Below are positions 59,149 through 64,000 of a stretch of 64,000 bases of DNA, piece by piece (positions within the stretch are counted from its first letter, which is position 1; every line of letters begins with the position of its first letter). Source of the DNA: a virus (Duplodnaviria > Caudoviricetes); IMG/VR virus record IMGVR_UViG_3300048851_000184, positions 8,388 through 72,387 of that record. One strand, written 5' to 3'. Under the pieces are notes generated by a model. The model was given only the letters and a program-made list of their open reading frames with translations. It did no database searches and was not told where the DNA came from. Both the position numbers and the translations under genes were made by a program.

Positions 59149-59595
59149 ATGAACCCACTGTGGGGAATGTTCGCGGTGCTGGTCGGCACCTTCCTGCCCC
59201 TGTCGCTGACGCTCAGGGCGGCGGCGCAGGTGTTCCACGATCAGCACTATGGCCTGTGGCATCCGGTGAACGTCTATCGCTGGATCAAGATCGCGCTGAT
59301 CGTGCCGGTGCTGGCGCTGATCAGTCCGGCCGGCGTCTACCTGATGTTCGGCCTGGGCGACGCGGACATGACCGAGCGGATCGTCACCTTCCTCGCCTCC
59401 GCGCGCGGAGTGATCCTGGTGCTCGGTCTGCTGATCGCTGCCTTTATCGTCGACAAGGAGCGGCCGCGCATGATCGACCACCTGACGCGGCAGCCCACCT
59501 CCCGCGAGCACCGCACTCGCATCCAGTTCCGCCACGACACCATGATCGTGCTCATCATTCTGGGGCTCGCCCTGATCTCGGCGCCGTTTGTCTGA
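59149..59595 (+). CDS. Multi-pass membrane protein of lysis cassette
   Basis: Same protein sequence as 13680-14126. Confidence 0.7.
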   Translation: MNPLWGMFAVLVGTFLPLSLTLRAAAQVFHDQHYGLWHPVNVYRWIKIALIVPVLALISPAGVYLMFGLGDADMTERIVTFLASARGVILVLGLLIAAFIVDKERPRMIDHLTRQPTSREHRTRIQFRHDTMIVLIILGLALISAPFV

Positions 59596-59960
59596 TGGCT
59601 GGGCAGAATGTGGTCGCTGCGGCCGTGGGGCCGGCCGCAGTCGCACTGCTTGGCCTCAACATCCCGATCGTGCCGGCGCTCTTCGGCGTCGCTGGCGTCG
59701 TGTTGGGCCGTTACATTGCGCAGTCGGTGCGCCGTGAAGGGGAGGAGCGGGTCACCAGTCGCGCGAACCTGGCGGTGACGATGCTGTTCGCGCTGGGCAT
59801 GATCGCCGTCGCGTCCGAGCGCGAGCTCACGCCTTTCCGGGCGCTGGGCGTGGGTGCGTCGGCCGGCTTCCTCGGGCTAGGGCTGCTTGAGTTCGTGGCC
59901 TCGCAGTTCTCCGAGCGGGTGCGGGGCGCGATCGACGGGTTCTTCAACCCGCGGAAGTAA
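59595..59960 (+). CDS. Putative holin
   Basis: Same protein sequence as 14126-14491. Confidence 0.7.
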   Translation: MAGQNVVAAAVGPAAVALLGLNIPIVPALFGVAGVVLGRYIAQSVRREGEERVTSRANLAVTMLFALGMIAVASERELTPFRALGVGASAGFLGLGLLEFVASQFSERVRGAIDGFFNPRK

Positions 59961-60130
59961 GTCGCCCCGGCCCTTCGTGTTGCTGCCCGGGAGCCGGGGC
60001 GAGAGCGCGTAGGACAGACCCGCGCCCGATCCGAAGCTTGGACCTCAATACTTGCGAGGAAATGAACGCAGCACGGCTGCGAGGGCCGCGCCGTCCTCGC
60101 CCCCCCCCATTGCACCTGAAAGGACGAACC

Positions 60131-60688
60131 ATGGCAAAGACGGCGACCCAGCTGGTCGACGAGGTGATCGCGCGCGAGGGTGGTTACAGCAACCACCCTG
60201 CCGACCGGGGAGGCCCCACGAACTGGGGCATCACCGAGCAGGTAGCGCGCGCCTACGGCTACAAGGGCGACATGCGCAATCTGCTCCGCGAGACGGCGGT
60301 CGAGATCTACCTCAAGCGCTACTGGACCGGGCCCGGCTTCGACAAGGTCGCGCGCCGGGATGGGGCGCTGGCGGCAGAGATGTTCGACGCCGGCGTGAAC
60401 ATGGGGCCCGCCTGGGCCGGCAAGTTCCTGCAGCGCGCGCTCAACCTGCTGAACAACGGGGCCAAGCACTATCCCGACATCGCGGTGGATGGCGGTGTCG
60501 GCGCTATGACGCTGGCTTCGCTCGATGGCTACCTGCGGCAGCGGGATAGCGGCGAGGGCAGGGCGGTGCTGCTCTGGCTGGTACGCGCTTTCCGGACCGG
60601 CCGTTACGCGGAAATCGCGGAGGCGAACCGCACGCAGGAGGTGTTCCTCTACGGCTGGATTGCCCGCCAGGTGCGAGAGGCAGAATGA
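60131..60688 (+). CDS. Endolysin, glycoside hydrolase family 108 with peptidoglycan-binding domain
   Basis: EGGYSNHPADRGGPTNWGIT signature; LQRALN..DG.VG..TL. Confidence 0.92.
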   Translation: MAKTATQLVDEVIAREGGYSNHPADRGGPTNWGITEQVARAYGYKGDMRNLLRETAVEIYLKRYWTGPGFDKVARRDGALAAEMFDAGVNMGPAWAGKFLQRALNLLNNGAKHYPDIAVDGGVGAMTLASLDGYLRQRDSGEGRAVLLWLVRAFRTGRYAEIAEANRTQEVFLYGWIARQVREAE

Positions 60689-61125
60689 GCGTCGCGCTCG
60701 CACTGCTGCGCCGCTTCTGGTGGGCGCTGCCGATGCTGGTGCTGGGCGGGGCGCTGCTCGCCACCCGCGCGACGCTCGCCGATCGCACGGCAACGCTGCG
60801 CGCCGAGCGCTTCGCCTGGACGTCCGCGCTCGATGATGCGGAGAGGGCGCGGCTGGACGCGGAGCGCCGCTTCGCCAGCAACCTCGCTCAGGCGGTCACC
60901 AACTATGCCGACGGCCTGGCTGCGCGCCAGCCGATCATCGTCCGATCCACAAACACCGTGAGGGAATATGCGCAGACTGATGCTGGGCGCGTGCTGTGCC
61001 GCGATGCTGACCGGGTGCGCGCAGTCGACGCGCTCGATGCCGAGCTTGCCGAAGCTGCCGGATCCGCCAGCAGCGGCGCTGGAGCCGTGCGCCCCGACGC
61101 CGCAGCGCCGGCAGGCGGACGGTAG
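60685..61125 (+). CDS. Inner-membrane spanin (Rz-like)
   Basis: Homolog of 15490-15936. Confidence 0.8.
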   Translation: MSVALALLRRFWWALPMLVLGGALLATRATLADRTATLRAERFAWTSALDDAERARLDAERRFASNLAQAVTNYADGLAARQPIIVRSTNTVREYAQTDAGRVLCRDADRVRAVDALDAELAEAAGSASSGAGAVRPDAAAPAGGR

Positions 61126-61228
61126 CGCTACGGCCGCCGACGACGATGGGACGATTCGCGACGGGCGGTTCGATCTAGCGTCATGTGACGCGAAGCGACG
61201 GCTGCTGGTGGAGGCCTGGCCGCGGTAA
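60968..61228 (+). CDS. Outer-membrane lipoprotein spanin (Rz1-like)
   Basis: LTGC lipobox; homolog of 15779-16039. Confidence 0.85.
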   Translation: MRRLMLGACCAAMLTGCAQSTRSMPSLPKLPDPPAAALEPCAPTPQRRQADGSATAADDDGTIRDGRFDLASCDAKRRLLVEAWPR

Positions 61229-61257
61229 AATAGCTTTGACGGGCTAAGCGTGACGCG

Positions 61258-61285
61258 TTGCAATTCGCACCGCGCGAATTATGAT
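61258..61285 (+). promoter_or_regulatory. Sigma70-like promoter in front of a structured non-coding region
   Basis: TTGCAA N16 TATGAT. Confidence 0.5.
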
Positions 61286-61290
61286 CAAGG

Positions 61291-61690
61291 GCGCATCGGT
61301 TGCCCGAACCGTAGGAGGATGGAACCCCTACGTCTGGGTGGCGCCATGAGGGCAACCGATGGGCCTGCCGCGCAGAGCTGTGGACGCCCCGCCGGGTGAC
61401 CCGTTTAGGTCACGATCAGATATTGAAGCGACTCGAAGGGCCGCGCAAGATGCCTAGTCGCGACGAACCGGGCGTTCGTCGCTGCAGGCACTGCCCGACG
61501 CGTGGTTCTACCTAGGTTTCAAGCAAAAACCGCACGCGAAAATTTTTCTCTCGCATTCGTTAGTTCGGGGCGGATCTGGTTGTAAGCGAGAACGCTCCGC
61601 CGAACTTCGCCACACCTCCAGGTATCGGCGGCTCATCTGCATCGCTGCTTCGGTCGCGCAGCATCGAGAGCCGGGCTCCGGCAGCATGGG
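61291..61690 (+). ncRNA. Candidate structured non-coding RNA
   Basis: No credible ORF; several perfect stems, e.g. 61294-61305/61350-61361 (12 bp) and 61460-61468/61474-61482 (9 bp). Confidence 0.4.
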
Positions 61691-61707
61691 GCTCGACAGT
61701 CACCAAC

Positions 61708-61722
61708 GTTCCCGCAATGTTC
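61708..61722 (+). promoter_or_regulatory. Alphaproteobacterial LexA (SOS) box
   Basis: GTTC-CCGCAAT-GTTC, an exact GTTC-N7-GTTC, 5 nt before ATG 61728. Confidence 0.85.
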
Positions 61723-61727
61723 CTCTC

Positions 61728-62654
61728 ATGCCGCGCGACGATTCGGAGCTTCTTACCCTGGCGCTATCGGTCCTTGAGGAGGTGGCAGCGCGCCCGGTGC
61801 AGGAGAGTGCGGCTACCCCATCCGTCCGGTTGGCGCTGCGCACCCTTATGCGCGTGCTGCCGAACCGCGCGCCGCTGGACGAGTTCTGGCGCATCGCCCA
61901 GCAGCAAGCGACCGCACTGCCGGCCTGGGCGAACTGTCGCAGCGCCTATGTTGCCATCGAGCACGCCATGGTCGCGGCCGGCTGGCATGTGGCGGAGCTG
62001 GCCGTGCCGTGGCAAGGTTGGGCGATGTGCAACCGCTATCGCATGACGGAACGACAGGCAGAGGTGGCGGCGCGCTACGGGGCCGAGATTCCGTATCTGC
62101 CCGACATCACGATCCCATCGCCGGAGCTGTTCCCGAAGCGCGCAGCTTGGGTGGTGAAGCCGGCAAGCATCGACGGCGGGCGCGATCTCGCCTCGATGTC
62201 CTGGGGCTTCCCCCGGACGATGATGGGCGCACGCGGCAAGCCGGTGGAGACGCTCGTCACCAACGTGCGCAACCTCGATAGCCCGTTCTGGCGCACGGCG
62301 CTGGCGCGGCCGCTGCAGCGGTGCCTGGTGCCGGTCACCAGCTTCAGCGAGTACGGGCCCGGACCAAAGGGCGCGCGACCGCTGTTCTGGTTCGACGTGC
62401 CCTCCCGGCCGATCTTCAGCTTCGCCGGCATCTGGCGGGAATTGAAGGGGCAGGCGGTGTTCGCCTTCCTGACGACCGAGCCCAACTCAATTGTCGCGCC
62501 GATCCACCCGAAGGCAATGCCGCTGATCCTGCATGAGGAGGATGAGGATCGCTGGCTGGGAGGCGAGGTGGGCGACCTGGTGTCTCCGTTCCCATCCCAG
62601 CTGATGACAGTGGTGCAGGATCCAGACCCAAAGCGCGAACTCACCTGGCCCTAG
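61728..62654 (+). CDS. SOS response-associated peptidase (SRAP) with in-frame 99 aa N-terminal extension; canonical MCNRY start at 62025
   Basis: MCNRY, WGF, TNVRN, RCLVP..F.E, FAGIW, TTEPN..PIHPKAMP motifs. Confidence 0.9.
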   Translation: MPRDDSELLTLALSVLEEVAARPVQESAATPSVRLALRTLMRVLPNRAPLDEFWRIAQQQATALPAWANCRSAYVAIEHAMVAAGWHVAELAVPWQGWAMCNRYRMTERQAEVAARYGAEIPYLPDITIPSPELFPKRAAWVVKPASIDGGRDLASMSWGFPRTMMGARGKPVETLVTNVRNLDSPFWRTALARPLQRCLVPVTSFSEYGPGPKGARPLFWFDVPSRPIFSFAGIWRELKGQAVFAFLTTEPNSIVAPIHPKAMPLILHEEDEDRWLGGEVGDLVSPFPSQLMTVVQDPDPKRELTWP

Positions 62655-62667
62655 CCAGGCACTCCGA

Positions 62668-62841
62668 TCACCCCTTTCCCGGCAGATCGTCCTCGAGCAT
62701 CCACTCGCCCCGCTTTTTGACCGCCCGGATCCCGCAGCAGAGCGCGACCGCGGCTTGCTGCTCGCCTTCCTCGGCTGGCGTGGGCGCCCATTCGTGAGCG
62801 ATGCCGTCGCACTGGTAAAGTTCGGGCGGGGGTTTGGGCAT
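62668..62841 (-). CDS. 57 aa Cys-containing protein
   Basis: Hand-translated MPKPPPELYQCDGIAHEWAPTPAEEGEQQAAVALCCGIRAVKKRGEWMLEDDLPGKG; homologous DNA at 17657-17812. Confidence 0.65.
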   Translation of the reverse strand: MPKPPPELYQCDGIAHEWAPTPAEEGEQQAAVALCCGIRAVKKRGEWMLEDDLPGKG

Positions 62842-62872
62842 GCCCTGATGTAGGGGCGATGGGTGGCGATCG

Positions 62873-63109
62873 TCAGGGTGCCGCTTCCCGGAGCGCGTCG
62901 ATCATGGCCGTGTACACGTCGGCGACGAAGCTGCTCTCGCAGTCAACTGCGGCTGCAATCTGACCTTCATCGGGCTCGCGGATCGCCGCGATGACAGCCC
63001 GCACCTCCGGCACATAGTCCTGCCACAGCGGCTTGCCGTTCATGGTTGCGCCAGGAGGGCTACCGTCCAGCTCGCACAGCGCCCGCGCCGCGCGCTCGAT
63101 GGGACTCAT
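62873..63109 (-). CDS. Hypothetical phage protein (78 aa)
   Basis: IERAARALC..W..Y..EVRAVI.A.REP pattern. Confidence 0.7.
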   Translation of the reverse strand: MSPIERAARALCELDGSPPGATMNGKPLWQDYVPEVRAVIAAIREPDEGQIAAAVDCESSFVADVYTAMIDALREAAP

Positions 63110-63405
63110 GCGTCCAATCCTCTCCATTTCATCTCCCCCAGGAGCGCGTCGATGGGAGGATCCCCAACATCCCCGGCGGTCTGCTGGTATGCCGCCAGCA
63201 GGTCCGCATCATCGCGAGGCAGGAACGCCTTCTTTCCGTCGCCGATGTCGTAGAGGTGGTAGATGTAGTCTGGGCCGGGTCCGACCTTGCCCTCGGCGTC
63301 GCGCAACGCGAAGGACGCCCTCTTCGGGCGATATGCATAGACTATGCCCGCCTCTTCCTGCCGCTTGCCGTGGTTTGGGCCACCGTAGAACGGATACTCG
63401 TCCAT
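63106..63405 (-). CDS. Conserved hypothetical protein (99 aa)
   Basis: Homolog of 18508-18807. Confidence 0.75.
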   Translation of the reverse strand: MDEYPFYGGPNHGKRQEEAGIVYAYRPKRASFALRDAEGKVGPGPDYIYHLYDIGDGKKAFLPRDDADLLAAYQQTAGDVGDPPIDALLGEMKWRGLDA

Positions 63406-63516
63406 CTGCCTATCTCCCGTCCCCCTAGCCTGCGCTCCGGGCGGGCGGGGCGCAAGGGTGGTGGGACGGCTGCGTAGGTCGGCGTGGCCCGCTACCCAAT
63501 TTAGCAGGTCAGCATT

Positions 63517-63706
63517 GTTCGCGTTCCTCACGACGGAGCCGAACTCGATCGTCGCGCCGATCCACCCGAAGGCGATGCCGATGATCCGCATGAGGAGGAT
63601 GAGGAGCGCTGGCTACGGGGCGAGCTGGGCGACCTCGTGGCGCCTTTCCCTTCGCAGCTGATGACGGTTGTTCAGGATCCAGACCCCAAGCGGGAGCTGG
63701 CCTGGT
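63517..63706 (+). pseudogene. Frameshifted 3' fragment of a second SRAP gene
   Basis: Matches about 62458-62650 (FAFLTTEPNSIVAPIHPKAMP..); one-base deletion near 63587; no 5' part. Confidence 0.88.
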
Positions 63707-63814
63707 CAGATGACGCCGATGCTGCGGAGCAGCCACCAAGCGCCGCTTCCGATGGCGAGCACGGCCAGGCCGCCGATCAGTAGGGCCTCGCGCGCATAGC
63801 TTCACTCCGCCAGC

Positions 63815-64000
63815 TCACGGCTCGATCACCGCCCCCCACACGTCCGGCGCTTCCTCCCCTGGCCCTAGTAGCCGGAAGTAGAACGTCACCTGCGCACGCT
63901 CTGTGTCGACGTCTTCCCATCGCCAGACGCGGTAGCCTGGGCCGGCAGCCCTAGCTTTCGCGCGCCACGCGTTCTGTTCGGCCAACCAGTCCTGCGCCAT
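63815..64000 (-). CDS. Conserved hypothetical protein (61 aa)
   Basis: Homolog of 18034-18219. Confidence 0.75.
   Translation of the reverse strand: MAQDWLAEQNAWRAKARAAGPGYRVWRWEDVDTERAQVTFYFRLLGPGEEAPDVWGAVIEP

Larger units (their letters stand above)
45377..61228 (+). repeat. Second copy of the tail-lysis direct repeat (see 1-16039)
   Basis: Colinear homologs throughout. Confidence 0.97.
20329..64000. mobile_element. Prophage B, near complete (attR beyond the window)
   Basis: Integrase next to tRNA, then immunity, replication, packaging, head, tail and lysis modules in lambdoid order; no tRNA-Ser 3' repeat found up to 64000. Confidence 0.96.

Noticed and set aside
61312-61398. AGGAGG followed by a 26-codon ORF (MEPLRLGG..)
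   Set aside because: Zero spacing between SD and ATG, and both lie inside a stem-loop; unlikely to be translated.
1-64000. CRISPR array, rRNA, IS element, retron or recognisable multi-gene defence operon
   Set aside because: No regularly spaced repeats, transposase, reverse transcriptase or known defence-domain motifs were recognised.

Overview
GC-rich alphaproteobacterial chromosome (Sphingomonadaceae-like by gene content; this is an inference). It is almost entirely occupied by two related lambda-like (cos/GpA-type) siphophage prophages in the same orientation. Prophage A is present only as its right part (1-19641): tail, lysis and small accessory genes, ending at a 3' fragment of tRNA-Ala(CGC) that I read as attR. 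About 600 bp of host DNA follows (hspQ and an intact tRNA-Ser(CGA)). Prophage B starts at tRNA-Ser and runs past the window end: P4-type integrase, leftward early operon, HIRAN gene, CI/Cro switch with four palindromic operators, methyltransferase, beta-clamp-like gene, initiator with ori, NusG-type antiterminator, lambda-like cos, head, tail, lysis and a LexA-box SRAP locus. The two tail-lysis modules are direct repeats offset by 45,376 bp at their left end, with swapped internal parts (tape-measure repeat, tail-fibre repeat, endolysin class, lipoprotein insertion). Best leads: (1) the predicted cos-to-cos distance between the prophages is about one genome length, so a hybrid phage carrying host hspQ and tRNA-Ser might be packaged in situ; (2) an intact Hint autoprocessing domain ends both central tail proteins; (3) a LexA-box-controlled SRAP has its catalytic Cys buried behind a 99-codon in-frame extension; (4) a candidate structured ncRNA with its own promoter follows the B lysis genes; (5) two paralogous antisense membrane micro-genes with a shared upstream motif bracket the A endolysin-spanin cassette. 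All protein family calls are from motif recognition by eye; no database search was run.
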